Origin: Pseudomonadota bacterium
Lineage (GTDB): Bacteria > Pseudomonadota > Gammaproteobacteria > Burkholderiales > Thiobacillaceae
Reading direction: 5' to 3'
NCBI GenBank assembly: GCA_030690985.1
Contig: JAUYFG010000312.1
Span: 14,208 to 78,207, forward strand
DNA: 64,000 nt
Below are positions 8,929 through 20,450 of the stretch, piece by piece; the stretch's first letter is position 1; every line of letters begins with the position of its first letter. Made by a program: the position numbers and the translations under genes. The notes beneath the pieces were generated by a model. It worked only from the letters and a program-made list of their open reading frames with translations, searched no databases and was not told the origin of the DNA.

Positions 8929-10008
8929 TCAGTTATGAATAAGGAGCCCACCTAAGGGCTTGCGCAGGGAGCGTGCACGGGGCGCGGGGCCGTGCCCGAT
9001 CCGACCCATGAAGAACAGCGCGTCGGCATCACTCAGGCCGGGCATCCGGAGCAGCCGTCGATTCAGGTCGCGCGCGAGGCGCAGGGCGGGTTCGGTCTGG
9101 GTGAAGGTGATCCCGCGTCGGGCATAGCGGCTGAAGATGACCGGTGTCATTTCCGGCTGGATGAACAGGCCAAGGCGGTCGGCAGTCAGCCAGAAACGTT
9201 GCATTGCACGCCCCGCCGCGATGTGGTCGTCCACCTGGACAAGGGGTTTGTCGGCACACAACATGAAGTGCGCGGCACAAAGAAAACCGGGGACAAGATC
9301 AAGTTGCAGGCGGGGCGGGATATGCCCAAAGAGATATTTGTTGAAAAACGCAACGCGTTCCCATCGCTGCATGACCCAGCGCATGAAACGGCTGGTCAAG
9401 GCATCTACACCGACCGCCGCGTCCGGAATCCGATCTTCGCTGTACCTCGCCCCCCATTCGATCACGGCACGATGCACGGCGTAGGCTTCGGGAATGGTCA
9501 GGCGGATTTTGGCGTTGTCGAACATGAATTTCGCCAGGCGCCAGCGCTCACCGGCACCCTCGAACCAGACCACCCGGTAGCCGGCGGGCAGAGCGTCGGC
9601 CAGCGCGCTTTTCTGCTGGGCGGTCAACGCGGTGGTGGACATGGCCCGGCGCTGTACCACGCGGGTCTTGATGTGTGGAACCAGCGGGTCCGACGCGAGA
9701 TCGGCCAGGACGCGCAAATGCACATCAAACAACAGGTGGGTGTCGGGCGTTCCGGGCCTGCGCTGGATTTCGGTAATCCGCCCGGTGGAGGTCGCCGCTA
9801 TCGCCAGAGTTTCCAGCAGGGCGCCGACGGCCAGTTGGCTGGGATGGCCATCCAGGTCGTAGACCACATGGTCACGCGTGTCGAAGCCATGGATCAGCAC
9901 CTGCTCGTCGCCCAGAATCTCGAATGCCCAAGGTTGGGTGTTGTCGCCGCTGGGCGCCCAGCGGGCCAGATCCAGAATGTGTTCGAGATGGGACGGAAGC
10001 GACTTCAT
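8929..10008 (-). CDS. Two-domain nitroreductase-superfamily (Acg-like FMN-binding) oxidoreductase
   Basis: The N-terminal motif LARWAPSGDNTQPWAFEI is typical of the nitroreductase fold, and ~359 aa is twice a single domain. Start chosen at MKSLPSH, 1 nt after the ThiF-like stop. The longer tracked ORF (to 10230) overlaps the ThiF-like gene. Confidence 0.7.
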   Translation of the reverse strand: MKSLPSHLEHILDLARWAPSGDNTQPWAFEILGDEQVLIHGFDTRDHVVYDLDGHPSQLAVGALLETLAIAATSTGRITEIQRRPGTPDTHLLFDVHLRVLADLASDPLVPHIKTRVVQRRAMSTTALTAQQKSALADALPAGYRVVWFEGAGERWRLAKFMFDNAKIRLTIPEAYAVHRAVIEWGARYSEDRIPDAAVGVDALTSRFMRWVMQRWERVAFFNKYLFGHIPPRLQLDLVPGFLCAAHFMLCADKPLVQVDDHIAAGRAMQRFWLTADRLGLFIQPEMTPVIFSRYARRGITFTQTEPALRLARDLNRRLLRMPGLSDADALFFMGRIGHGPAPRARSLRKPLGGLLIHN

Positions 10009-10009
10009 C

Positions 10010-10867
10010 TCACAGCCCGAGTTGTCGCCTGGCAAGCGCGATGGCCAGGCGGTTGATCGGGTGCCGATTGCCGCCAGGACGCCAGGTGTGGGCCATGCGG
10101 TTGCGGTAGCCGTCGAACTGAATGCCGTGCGGCGCGGCCCAGACCTTGCCGCGTCCGAGCAATATCTTGAGTGCTTCGGTCGCCGCGACGCCGGCGCACA
10201 ACGTACAGGCCATGACCGTGGAGGGACCACGATGCTCGCCGAGGTTGACTCGGCCGGGATCGGCCAGATAGACGCGGTGCAGCAGGGCGGGCGCCAGGCC
10301 GACCAGGAAGCGCAGTGCCTTTTCCTGTTCCGGGTGGCCCGCGAGCTGAAAATAGCGCTCGAAGCTCATCTGTCCGGGCAGAAAGTTGAGCAACGCCGCG
10401 CTCATCCCCAGGGGGGCAACGGTCGTGGCGGGAATCCGCTGTTCGGCGCAGTACCTGAACACCGCTTCCCTGGCCTGGAAGGCGAAGAAGTCGAGGCCGT
10501 CGACATAGAGGTCTACCCCCTTCATGAACTCGCCCAGGTTCTCGGCGTTCACGCCTTGCGGAAAGATCGTGATGTCGCAGTCCGGGTTGATGTCCCTTGC
10601 CATCTGGACAAGGACTTCGGCCTTGGGCCGGTCGATACTGGAGAGGGTGGCCCCGGCTTGACGGTTGAAATTGGCCAGCTCGAAGGTGTCGAGGTCGGCA
10701 ATGTGAAAGTGCTGTATGCCGAGGCGTGCCAGGGTCAGGAGGTGGAAACCACCGACGCCGCCCATACCGGCAATGGCGACGCGCTTTTGTGCCAGTAATT
10801 GCTGTTCGGCCTCGGTTACCCAGCCGATATTGCGGGAAAAGGCGGTGCTGTAATCAAAGAGGGGCAT
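10010..10867 (-). CDS. ThiF/MoeB/HesA-family E1-like adenylyltransferase
   Basis: Rossmann loop VAIAGMGGVGG and E1 motif DLDTFELANFNRQ. ATG at 10867; the tracked start at 10873 is TTG. Confidence 0.8.
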   Translation of the reverse strand: MPLFDYSTAFSRNIGWVTEAEQQLLAQKRVAIAGMGGVGGFHLLTLARLGIQHFHIADLDTFELANFNRQAGATLSSIDRPKAEVLVQMARDINPDCDITIFPQGVNAENLGEFMKGVDLYVDGLDFFAFQAREAVFRYCAEQRIPATTVAPLGMSAALLNFLPGQMSFERYFQLAGHPEQEKALRFLVGLAPALLHRVYLADPGRVNLGEHRGPSTVMACTLCAGVAATEALKILLGRGKVWAAPHGIQFDGYRNRMAHTWRPGGNRHPINRLAIALARRQLGL

Positions 10868-10876
10868 CGGCAAGGG

Positions 10877-11668
10877 TTAACGCGCCTCAGCGCGCAACAG
10901 CCGATCCGTGATACGCGCTTCTTCCTGTGCGTCGAAAAAGTAGGGATACAGGGTGCGATCCTGTTTGGCGAGTTCATGATGTCCAGCGACTTCGGCAACC
11001 TTCTTATCGATATCGTCGGCGTGAACCCAGAGCAGGACGGCCGGCGCGTTCACCCGTGGGCACATGCGTTCACCAGCGATTTCCGTAAAACCCAACATCC
11101 GCTTATAGAAAGGCGCGTGAGATGGATTGACCTCGATGATGAGATCCGTGTACTGCCAGATTTTCCGACAATAGATGTAGGCCACATTGAACATGGATGC
11201 CAGAAAACGCTTGGAAGTCATCTTGGTGTCGAGCGCGAACTTGGTGATCTCGGCGACCGAGCCCCCACGCGCGCGAAGAACGTCGATTTCCGCCTTGTAG
11301 AGCGCATCAGCCATCAAACCATTGCCGACATCGAAGCCCAGCGTCATGGTGCCGATCACATGGTCGCCGTGGTAGGTGGCGAGCGTAATGCTGTCGGGAC
11401 AGGAGTTGTGTGTCTGTTGACCCCGTTCGCCGTGATAACCCGCTTCTCCATAGCGTTTCTCCACGAAGAACTTGGCATCGCGACTGCGTTCATCGTTGTG
11501 GGCGAGTCGAATCTTGAACTGATCCTCACGGGTAACCTGCTTCGTGGTGCCCTGGGCATCGCCCTTGCCCTGCCCGCCCACTTCCCGCATGCGGGGAGGC
11601 GATTCGAAGGTGACGATGGTGTTGGCCCAAGTGCGACTGGCCGCCCTGAAACGATCCATCACTCCCAT
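10877..11668 (-). CDS. PEP-CTERM/exosortase-associated N-acyl amino acid synthase (GNAT / autoinducer-synthase-like)
   Basis: About 260 aa. The overall pattern (ATYHGDHVIGTMTLGFD...AEITKFALD...YIYC...IIEVNPSHAPFYKRMLGF) is recognised as the exosortase-linked long-chain N-acyl amino acid synthase family. GGAGA RBS. Confidence 0.7.
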   Translation of the reverse strand: MGVMDRFRAASRTWANTIVTFESPPRMREVGGQGKGDAQGTTKQVTREDQFKIRLAHNDERSRDAKFFVEKRYGEAGYHGERGQQTHNSCPDSITLATYHGDHVIGTMTLGFDVGNGLMADALYKAEIDVLRARGGSVAEITKFALDTKMTSKRFLASMFNVAYIYCRKIWQYTDLIIEVNPSHAPFYKRMLGFTEIAGERMCPRVNAPAVLLWVHADDIDKKVAEVAGHHELAKQDRTLYPYFFDAQEEARITDRLLRAEAR

Positions 11669-11845
11669 CGTTCTATCTCCCCGGATTGGCGTGCCATGAA
11701 CATGTTGTGATCCCTATAAACTAGCCTTTCGGAGTATAGAGAGCATCCGTTCCTATCTCAATTAGCATAGTGCCCCACCAGCATCTCAAATAACGGTGCA
11801 TTACAGCCCTGTTTTTGCCGCTATCTCAGCCGATACAATAGCCGG

Positions 11846-12580
11846 ATGAAAATTGAACTGATAACCAGCGAAGACGCGAACCGCTATCTGGTCAGGCACG
11901 CAACCGAGATTGAACGCGTCCTGCGCGATGTCATGCGGGACAAGGCCATCGTCGCCGCCTATGGGGAGAATGGCAAGGACTTCCTGCTAACCTCCATCAT
12001 CGCCGTGGAAGCGAAGGAAAACGCCCTGTATCTGGGCTATGGCCCGGACGAAAGGCTGAATACCCAATTCCTGGACGCACACAACGCCACCTTCGCCACC
12101 ACGCACGATCAGGTGCGTGTGCAGTTCTCCTGCGGCCACGTCGAGCCTGCCGTGTATGGCCACGAACCGGCGTTCCGGGTTGCGATGCCGAACGAACTGC
12201 TGCGTTTGCAGCGGCGTGAGTATTACCGGCTCGTCACCTCCGTGGTCAACCCGGTGAAATGCATGATCAATGCCGAGGCGGGCATGCTGGAAGCTCTGGT
12301 GGTGGATATCAGCATCGGTGGCGTCGGCATTCTTGCCTACCAGGAAAGCGGCGAGCTGACTGCGGGCGAGACCTATCACGGTTGCCGGGTTTCGCTACCG
12401 GGTTCCGGCGAGTTCGCATTGAGCCTCGCCGTGTGCACCACTTTCGAAATCACACTGAAGAACGGTCGCCACACCCACCGGGCGGGCTGCCAGTTCATCG
12501 ACTTGCCGCCCAGCGTGGAAACCGAGATTCAGCGTTACATCATCCGCGTCGATCGCGAGCGCCGGACGCGCTATATCTGA
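11846..12580 (+). CDS. YcgR-like PilZ-domain c-di-GMP receptor (flagellar brake-type)
   Basis: YcgR-N-like N-terminal half plus PilZ motifs RREYYR (RxxxR) and DISIGGVG (D/NxSxxG). Confidence 0.75.
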   Translation: MKIELITSEDANRYLVRHATEIERVLRDVMRDKAIVAAYGENGKDFLLTSIIAVEAKENALYLGYGPDERLNTQFLDAHNATFATTHDQVRVQFSCGHVEPAVYGHEPAFRVAMPNELLRLQRREYYRLVTSVVNPVKCMINAEAGMLEALVVDISIGGVGILAYQESGELTAGETYHGCRVSLPGSGEFALSLAVCTTFEITLKNGRHTHRAGCQFIDLPPSVETEIQRYIIRVDRERRTRYI

Positions 12581-12591
12581 TCGGCCTGGTT

Positions 12592-14389
<1,798 letters not shown>

Positions 14390-14523
14390 GGCAGTATGTG
14401 GTGGCCCAGTAGTGGGCCGGTAACCCGCTCGAAAGGCTGGCATGATAGCAAACAGGCCGCTAAAATGCCGCGCCAAAGTTCCCGTTTCCCCCAGCTGCCA
14501 ACCCGTATTCAGGAGCAACCACC

Positions 14524-15162
14524 ATGAAACTTCACGCGCTTATCACTGGCTTGCTGTTTGCCGCTACGTTTGGAGCCAACAGCTGGGCCAATACCCCCGC
14601 TCCGGCCCCTACCGCCAAGGGCGACGCCGCCCGCGCGCAGAAGATCGTCAACGATGTGTGTGGCGCCTGCCATGCCACCGACGGTAACAGCACCTCGCCG
14701 GCTTACCCCAGCCTGGCGGGCCAGTCTCCCGAGTACCTCGCCAAGCAATTGCACGAATTCAAGACCGGCGCGCGCAAGAACGCCATCATGGCACCCAATG
14801 TCACCAAGCTTTCCGATGACGATATGCTCAACCTGGCCGCCTACTTCAGTGCTCAGCAACCCAAGCCGCGTCAGGCCAAGGATGCCAGCCTGATCGCCGC
14901 AGGCCAGAAGATCTACAAGGGTGGCAATGCCGGCAGCGGCGTTCCCGCCTGTGCTTCCTGCCATGGCCCCAGTGGTGCCGGCATCCCCTCCCTGTTCCCG
15001 CGTCTGGCCGGCCAGCATTCCAGGTACGTGCTGTCCCAGCTCAAGAATTTCCGCAGCGGCGACCGCGTCAACGACGGCGGCAAGATGATGCAGGTCATCG
15101 CCAAGAAGCTGACCGATCAGGAAATGAAAGCCGTGGCCGAATACGTCAACGGCCTGCGCTGA
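14524..15162 (+). CDS. Dihaem cytochrome c4
   Basis: Signal peptide and two CxxCH sites (CGACH, CASCH) in two ~100-aa halves. AGGAG RBS. Confidence 0.85.
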   Translation: MKLHALITGLLFAATFGANSWANTPAPAPTAKGDAARAQKIVNDVCGACHATDGNSTSPAYPSLAGQSPEYLAKQLHEFKTGARKNAIMAPNVTKLSDDDMLNLAAYFSAQQPKPRQAKDASLIAAGQKIYKGGNAGSGVPACASCHGPSGAGIPSLFPRLAGQHSRYVLSQLKNFRSGDRVNDGGKMMQVIAKKLTDQEMKAVAEYVNGLR

Positions 15163-15211
15163 TACTTACCTTCCTTGACGACGGCCCGCCTCGCGCGGGC
15201 CGTTTGCATTC

Positions 15212-17212
15212 ATGACCGCGTCCAACCTCGCCGACCTCAACCCGCAACAGCGCGAAGCCGTGAAATATCTCGACGGCCCCTTGCTGGTGCTGGCGGGTGC
15301 CGGTTCCGGCAAGACCCGGGTCATCACCCGCAAGATCGCCTATCTCGCCGGCGAGTGTGGCATCGACGCCCGCCATATCGCCGCCATCACCTTCACCAAC
15401 AAGGCGGCGCGGGAAATGCGCGAGCGGGTGGGCGAACTGTTGCCTGGAAAACAGGGCAAGGGACTCACGGTTTCCACCTTCCATTCCCTCGGCCTGCAAA
15501 TCCTGCGCCATGAAGCGCGCCGCATTGGCTACAAACCGCGTTTCTCGGTGCTCGATGCCGCCGATGCGCAGCAGATCCTCTCCGACATCCTGAAAACCAC
15601 CGACAAGAGCAGCCTAAGACTGGCAGCCGCCGTGGTGTCCAACTGGAAGAACGCCCTGCTGCCGCCCGGCACCGCCCTGAAAGCCGCTACGGACGAAGCC
15701 GAGCGCCAATATGCGCTCGCCTATCAGGCCTATCAGGACACCCTGCGCGCCTATCAGGCGATGGATTTCGACGATCTAATCCGCCTGCCGGTGCAACTAT
15801 TCCAGGAACATCCCGAGGCGCTGAGCACCTGGCAAGGCCGCTTGCGCTACCTGCTGGTGGACGAGTACCAGGACACCAACGGCGCCCAGTACGCCCTGAT
15901 GAAGCTGCTCGCCGGCCCCGCCGGGCGTTTCACGGCGGTGGGCGATGACGACCAGGCCATTTACGCCTGGCGTGGCGCCGACGTGGAAAATCTGCGCCGC
16001 CTGGGCCAGGACTACCCCACCCTGAAAATCATCCCGCTCACCCAGAACTACCGCTCCAGCCAGCGCATCCTGGCCGCCGCCAACAGCGTCATCCGCAATA
16101 ACCCGCGCCTGCACGAAAAAAACCTGTGGAGCGAACACGGCCTGGGTGACCACATTCAACTCGTGCAATGCCGCGACGACCGCCACGAGGCGGAATCCGT
16201 CGCCCTGCGTATTTCCGCACACAAATTCGAGTGCCGCACCCGCTTCGCCGATTACGCCATCCTCTATCGTGGCAACCACCAGGCCCGATTGTTCGAGGAA
16301 GCATTACGCGAAGCCAAGATTCCCTACGTACTGTCCGGCGGCCAATCGTTCTTCGACAAGGCCGAGATCAAAGATATTTCCGCCTACATGCGCCTGATCG
16401 CCAACCCGGACGACGACCCTGCCTTCATTCGCGCAGCCACTACGCCAAAGCGTGGCGTCGGCGTGGCAACCCTGGAAAAACTTGGCGACCATGCCGGGCA
16501 ACGCCACATCAGCCTGTTCGCGGCTGCTTTCGAGGCCGGCTTCCAGACCCTGCTGCCGTCCCGGCAACTGGAGCCGCTGCTGGCGTTCTGCGACTTCATC
16601 AACCGCATCGCCGAACGTGCGGAAAAGGAAGTGGCTGGCAAACTCCTGGAAGAACTGCTTGCCGCGATTCACTACGAAGAATGGCTGTACGACTCGGAAG
16701 ACGACCGTGCCGCCCGCGCCAAGTGGGCAAACGTGCGTGAATTCGTCGACTGGCTGACTGGCAAAGGCGAGGAAGACGGCAAGTCCCTGATCGAACTCAC
16801 CCAGACCATCACCCTGATGAACCTGCTGGAAGGACGCAAGGACGAAGCACCCGATGCCGTCCGTCTCTCCACCCTGCATGCCGCCAAGGGCCTGGAATAT
16901 CCCCATGTCTATCTGGTCGGCGTGGAAGAGGAAATCCTGCCGCATCGGGAATGCCTGGAGGGGCCGCGCCTGGAAGAAGAGCGCCGCCTCATGTACGTCG
17001 GCATCACCCGTGCCCGTCGTGGCCTGGTTATCACCTGGTGCAGCAAGCGCCGCCGTGGCGGTGAGATGGTGGTGTGCGAACCCTCACGCTTTCTGAATGA
17101 AATCGACCAGAGCGAAATCAAACGTGCCGGTGCCCCGCAAACGCCCGGCGGTGATGTCAGAGAAGAAGGCCGGCGCCGGCTATCCGCGCTGAAAGCGATG
17201 CTGGGAAAATGA
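15212..17212 (+). CDS. rep: ATP-dependent DNA helicase Rep (UvrD/Rep SF1)
   Basis: Walker A AGAGSGKT, DEYQDT and TLHAAKGLEY motifs. The 666-aa length fits Rep rather than UvrD. Confidence 0.85.
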   Translation: MTASNLADLNPQQREAVKYLDGPLLVLAGAGSGKTRVITRKIAYLAGECGIDARHIAAITFTNKAAREMRERVGELLPGKQGKGLTVSTFHSLGLQILRHEARRIGYKPRFSVLDAADAQQILSDILKTTDKSSLRLAAAVVSNWKNALLPPGTALKAATDEAERQYALAYQAYQDTLRAYQAMDFDDLIRLPVQLFQEHPEALSTWQGRLRYLLVDEYQDTNGAQYALMKLLAGPAGRFTAVGDDDQAIYAWRGADVENLRRLGQDYPTLKIIPLTQNYRSSQRILAAANSVIRNNPRLHEKNLWSEHGLGDHIQLVQCRDDRHEAESVALRISAHKFECRTRFADYAILYRGNHQARLFEEALREAKIPYVLSGGQSFFDKAEIKDISAYMRLIANPDDDPAFIRAATTPKRGVGVATLEKLGDHAGQRHISLFAAAFEAGFQTLLPSRQLEPLLAFCDFINRIAERAEKEVAGKLLEELLAAIHYEEWLYDSEDDRAARAKWANVREFVDWLTGKGEEDGKSLIELTQTITLMNLLEGRKDEAPDAVRLSTLHAAKGLEYPHVYLVGVEEEILPHRECLEGPRLEEERRLMYVGITRARRGLVITWCSKRRRGGEMVVCEPSRFLNEIDQSEIKRAGAPQTPGGDVREEGRRRLSALKAMLGK

Positions 17213-17238
17213 AAAACGCCCCTGACCGGGGCGTTTTT
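17213..17238. terminator. Bidirectional rho-independent terminator
   Basis: AAAAACGCCCC-TGAC-CGGGGCGTTTTT immediately after the rep stop, convergent with the TPR gene. Confidence 0.7.
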
Positions 17239-17272
17239 CATTGCAGCAAATCGGATGCTGATGTTCAGCAGA

Positions 17273-18568
17273 TCAGAACGGCCATCCCCAGCCTTTTTTT
17301 TCTTCCTGCTTCGCCGCTGAGGGCGGCGGCACGGTTTCAGCCGGCGGCATTTCAGCTGCTTGTGTGACAACGGGCGGCGGCTCGGGAGTTTCCGGAGCTT
17401 CCGGGGCTGCCGGCTTGCTCATCTGCGGTGCTGCCTGGGCATCGGCTTCAGCCTGGATCAGGGCTCGCTCTACTTGCACCAGATACTTCCAGCGCGCTTG
17501 AGTCAGCGGGTTGCCCCCACCCAGGCCGACATGGGTCACGGCGGCCGCATGGCGCAACAACACCAGCGCATTGTCCAGGTCACCCATGCTGTTCAGCAGA
17601 ACGCCAAGATTACTGGCCGCTTCCGCCGTCAACAGATTATTGACGCCCAACGCCTTTTCACGAATCTCCAACGCGCGACGCAACGCCTGCTCCGCGACAT
17701 CCAACTGTTTCAGTTGCAGCGCATTCACCCCCAACTCGTTAAGCACCAACGCCACCGCGAGATGTTCTGGCCCCTGTGCTGATTCCCGCAGCGCCAAGGC
17801 ACGACGCCAATAGGCATCGGCGGCCTGCGCGTCTTTCCGCGTCGAGGCCACCCGTGCCAGGCTTTCCAAGGTATCCACCAAGGCCGGTGCCTCCTTGCCC
17901 AGCGAGGCCTCCAGTGCTGCCAGCGCCCGGCCGTACAAAGGTGCGGCCGCTTCGACACCCTTGGCCGCCTGAACGGCAACCGCCAGATTCTGATAAGCAC
18001 GCCCTACATCGGCATGCCGCGCTCCAAACAGTTTTTCCCTGATGTCCACGCAACGCTGGAAATAGCCCTCCGCCTTCGCCGCATCGCCCGCCCTGATCGC
18101 CGCGATACCCAGCACGTTGAGCGAATCTGCCGCTTCGCGGCTTTGCACGCCGAAAGCCTTCTCCCGATTTTCCAATGCACGCGCCAGGAGCACCTCCGCC
18201 TCGGGATATTTCTTCTGCTGAAACAAAGCATTACCGATCTTCTCGTAGGAAACCGCGGTCTCCGCCGCATATTTTCCGAAAGCACGATCACGCACGGAAA
18301 TGCCGCGCCGATAGGCCACTTCCGCTTCCGCCAGTTTGCCCCGGGCAAGTTCCAGATCGCCCAGATTGTCATAAGCCTCGGCCAGCAACTCGGGAGCGTA
18401 CTTCCTCTTGCTCCTCGCCTCTTGCTCGGCGTCCTGGCAACTCTGCTCGGCGGTCGCCAGGTTATTCCCTTGCAACGCGGCCTTGCAGGCGGCATTCAGA
18501 ACGACAAGATCCGTGCCTTGTGCGGCGCCGGTCATGGCTAGTGTCGCGAACCAGAAATAACGAAACAT
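17273..18568 (-). CDS. Secreted TPR-repeat protein with Pro-rich C-terminal tail
   Basis: Signal peptide MFRYFWFATLAMTGAAQG, then 42-aa TPR_10/12-like repeats (AxxYxRALAIREKALG pattern), then a PEAPETPEPPP tail. Confidence 0.7.
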   Translation of the reverse strand: MFRYFWFATLAMTGAAQGTDLVVLNAACKAALQGNNLATAEQSCQDAEQEARSKRKYAPELLAEAYDNLGDLELARGKLAEAEVAYRRGISVRDRAFGKYAAETAVSYEKIGNALFQQKKYPEAEVLLARALENREKAFGVQSREAADSLNVLGIAAIRAGDAAKAEGYFQRCVDIREKLFGARHADVGRAYQNLAVAVQAAKGVEAAAPLYGRALAALEASLGKEAPALVDTLESLARVASTRKDAQAADAYWRRALALRESAQGPEHLAVALVLNELGVNALQLKQLDVAEQALRRALEIREKALGVNNLLTAEAASNLGVLLNSMGDLDNALVLLRHAAAVTHVGLGGGNPLTQARWKYLVQVERALIQAEADAQAAPQMSKPAAPEAPETPEPPPVVTQAAEMPPAETVPPPSAAKQEEKKGWGWPF

Positions 18569-18854
18569 GAAACGGCGTCTTTTTCCGCCATGCGTCGTTG
18601 CAGCCCCTTGCCGTATACCCCATACGGCAGCGGGTCTGCGCCTAGCCTGGCGAAAAAATCCATCCGTTTCATTTGTCCCGCTATTTCTGGTTCGCAACAC
18701 TAGCGCGGCCAGGGCCGCTGAAATCGCCACCGCATTTCTTGTAGCGCGAAGCATTGATTCTCCTTGCCAAAGAAGCCACCTGTCAGGCGGCCGATTCAGA
18801 TACCCGGACTTGCCATCGCACCATTCCTACCAGGAAAAGCGCCCTGCTCGCCGG

Positions 18855-20363
18855 TCATTTCAGGAACAGGCCATAGGCCGGATTGCGCGACTCGTTCCAG
18901 TAGCGATAGCCAAGGCCGTCGAGAAATTCCTGAAAATCTTCACGCTGGGTCGGCGGCACCTGAACGCCGACCAGCACCCGACCGAAATCCGCGCCGTGAT
19001 TCCGATAGTGGAACAGGCTGATGTTCCAGGTGTGGCTCATGCTGTTGAGGAACTTCATCAAGGCGCCGGGGCGCTCCGGGAACTCGAAGCGGTAGAGCAC
19101 TTCGTTTTCCGCGTGCGGCGCGCGACCACCGACGAGATGGCGGATGTGCAGCTTGGCCATTTCGTTGTCGGAGAGGTCGAGCACCGGCAGATCGTGTTTT
19201 TCCAGGGCCAGGAGCAGTTTGTCCACTTCCGCGCGGTTGTGTACCTGAACCCCGACGAAGATATGTGCCACCTTGGCGTCGGAGTAGCGGTAGTTGAATT
19301 CAGTCAGGGCGCGCGCGCCCAACAGGGTGCAGAAGGCCTTGAAACTGCCGGGGTTTTCCGGAATCGTCACCGCCAGCACGGCTTCGCGCTTCTCGCCCAG
19401 TTCGGCGCGCTCGGCGACGAAGCGCAAGCGGTCGAAGTTCATATTGGCGCCGCTGGCGATGGCGACCAGATGTTTGTTTTTCGCCTTCTCGCGCGCGACC
19501 CAGGCCTTGGCGCCGGCCACGCCCAGCGCCCCGGCGGGTTCGAGGATCGAGCGGGTATCTTCGAACACGTCCTTGATGGCGGCGCAGATGGCGTCGTTGC
19601 TGACCCGGATGATTTCATCGACATACAACTGGCAGAGGCGGAAGGTTTCCTCGCCCACCTGTTTCACCGCGACACCATCGGCGAACAGGCCGACCTGGGG
19701 CAACACGATGCGTTCTTTCTTGCACAGGCTGCGCGCCATCGCGTCGGCATCTTCCGGCTCGACACCGATCACCTTGATTTCCGGCTTGAGGCGCTTGATA
19801 TAGGCGGCGATGCCGGCGATCAGACCGCCGCCGCCCACCGGCACGAATATCGCGTCGATCGGCGTGCGCGCCTGGCGCAGCAGTTCCATGCCGATGGTGC
19901 CCTGGCCGGCGATGACTTCCGGATCGTCGTAAGGGTGGACGAAGACCTTTTTCTCACGCTTGGCGATGGCCTTGGCGTGGTGATAAGCGTCGTCGTAGGA
20001 ATCACCATGCAGCACCACTTGGGCACCGCGTTTGGCCACGGCATCCACCTTGATCGCCGGGGTGGTGGCGGGCATCACGATGGTGGCCTCGCAACCCAGC
20101 ACTTGCGCGGAAAGCGCCACCCCTTGCGCGTGATTGCCGGCGGAGGCGGCCACCACACCGCGTTTCAACTGCGCTTTGGAGAGGCCTGCCATCTTGTTGT
20201 AAGCGCCGCGCAGCTTGAAGGAAAACACCGGCTGCATGTCCTCGCGCTTCAACAGCACGGTGTTGCCGAGGCGGCGGGAGAGGTTGTTGGCCTCTTCGAG
20301 CGGCGTTTCGATGGCCACGTCATAGACGCGGGCGAGCAGGATGCGCTCCAGGTAATCAGTCAT
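18855..20363 (-). CDS. ilvA: Biosynthetic threonine ammonia-lyase (threonine dehydratase)
   Basis: PLP-lysine region FSFKLRGAYN plus two C-terminal ACT-like regulatory repeats. Start at MTDYLERIL, giving ~503 aa. Confidence 0.9.
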   Translation of the reverse strand: MTDYLERILLARVYDVAIETPLEEANNLSRRLGNTVLLKREDMQPVFSFKLRGAYNKMAGLSKAQLKRGVVAASAGNHAQGVALSAQVLGCEATIVMPATTPAIKVDAVAKRGAQVVLHGDSYDDAYHHAKAIAKREKKVFVHPYDDPEVIAGQGTIGMELLRQARTPIDAIFVPVGGGGLIAGIAAYIKRLKPEIKVIGVEPEDADAMARSLCKKERIVLPQVGLFADGVAVKQVGEETFRLCQLYVDEIIRVSNDAICAAIKDVFEDTRSILEPAGALGVAGAKAWVAREKAKNKHLVAIASGANMNFDRLRFVAERAELGEKREAVLAVTIPENPGSFKAFCTLLGARALTEFNYRYSDAKVAHIFVGVQVHNRAEVDKLLLALEKHDLPVLDLSDNEMAKLHIRHLVGGRAPHAENEVLYRFEFPERPGALMKFLNSMSHTWNISLFHYRNHGADFGRVLVGVQVPPTQREDFQEFLDGLGYRYWNESRNPAYGLFLK

Positions 20364-20450
20364 TGCGGTTTGAACAGGGGAGAGAAGGCCGCTATTCTCG
20401 CGGCTTGCCTGTAAACGACAAAGCCGTAAACGAGAAAGAGAGAACGAACC

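Noticed and set aside
8729-8938. 69-aa plus-strand ORF in the PEP-CTERM gene promoter region
   Set aside because: It lies across the sigma54 promoter in AT-richer intergenic DNA and has no RBS or recognisable features.
8929-10867. ThiF-like plus nitroreductase-fold pair as a TOMM/thiazole-oxazole peptide maturation system
   Set aside because: No YcaO cyclodehydratase and no plausible Cys/Ser/Thr-rich precursor ORF is nearby. The nitroreductase resembles the two-domain Acg type rather than a SagB/McbC type.
11681-11696. TGGCAC on the minus strand upstream of the N-acyl amino acid synthase gene, a possible second sigma54 promoter
   Set aside because: The -12 position reads TCCG, not TTGC, so GC is not at the required spacing. 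The site is only about 20 nt from the start codon.
18567-20414. 615-aa ORF on the plus strand
   Set aside because: It is entirely antisense to the well-supported ilvA gene and has no recognisable motifs. Long shadow ORFs are expected opposite real genes in high-GC DNA.
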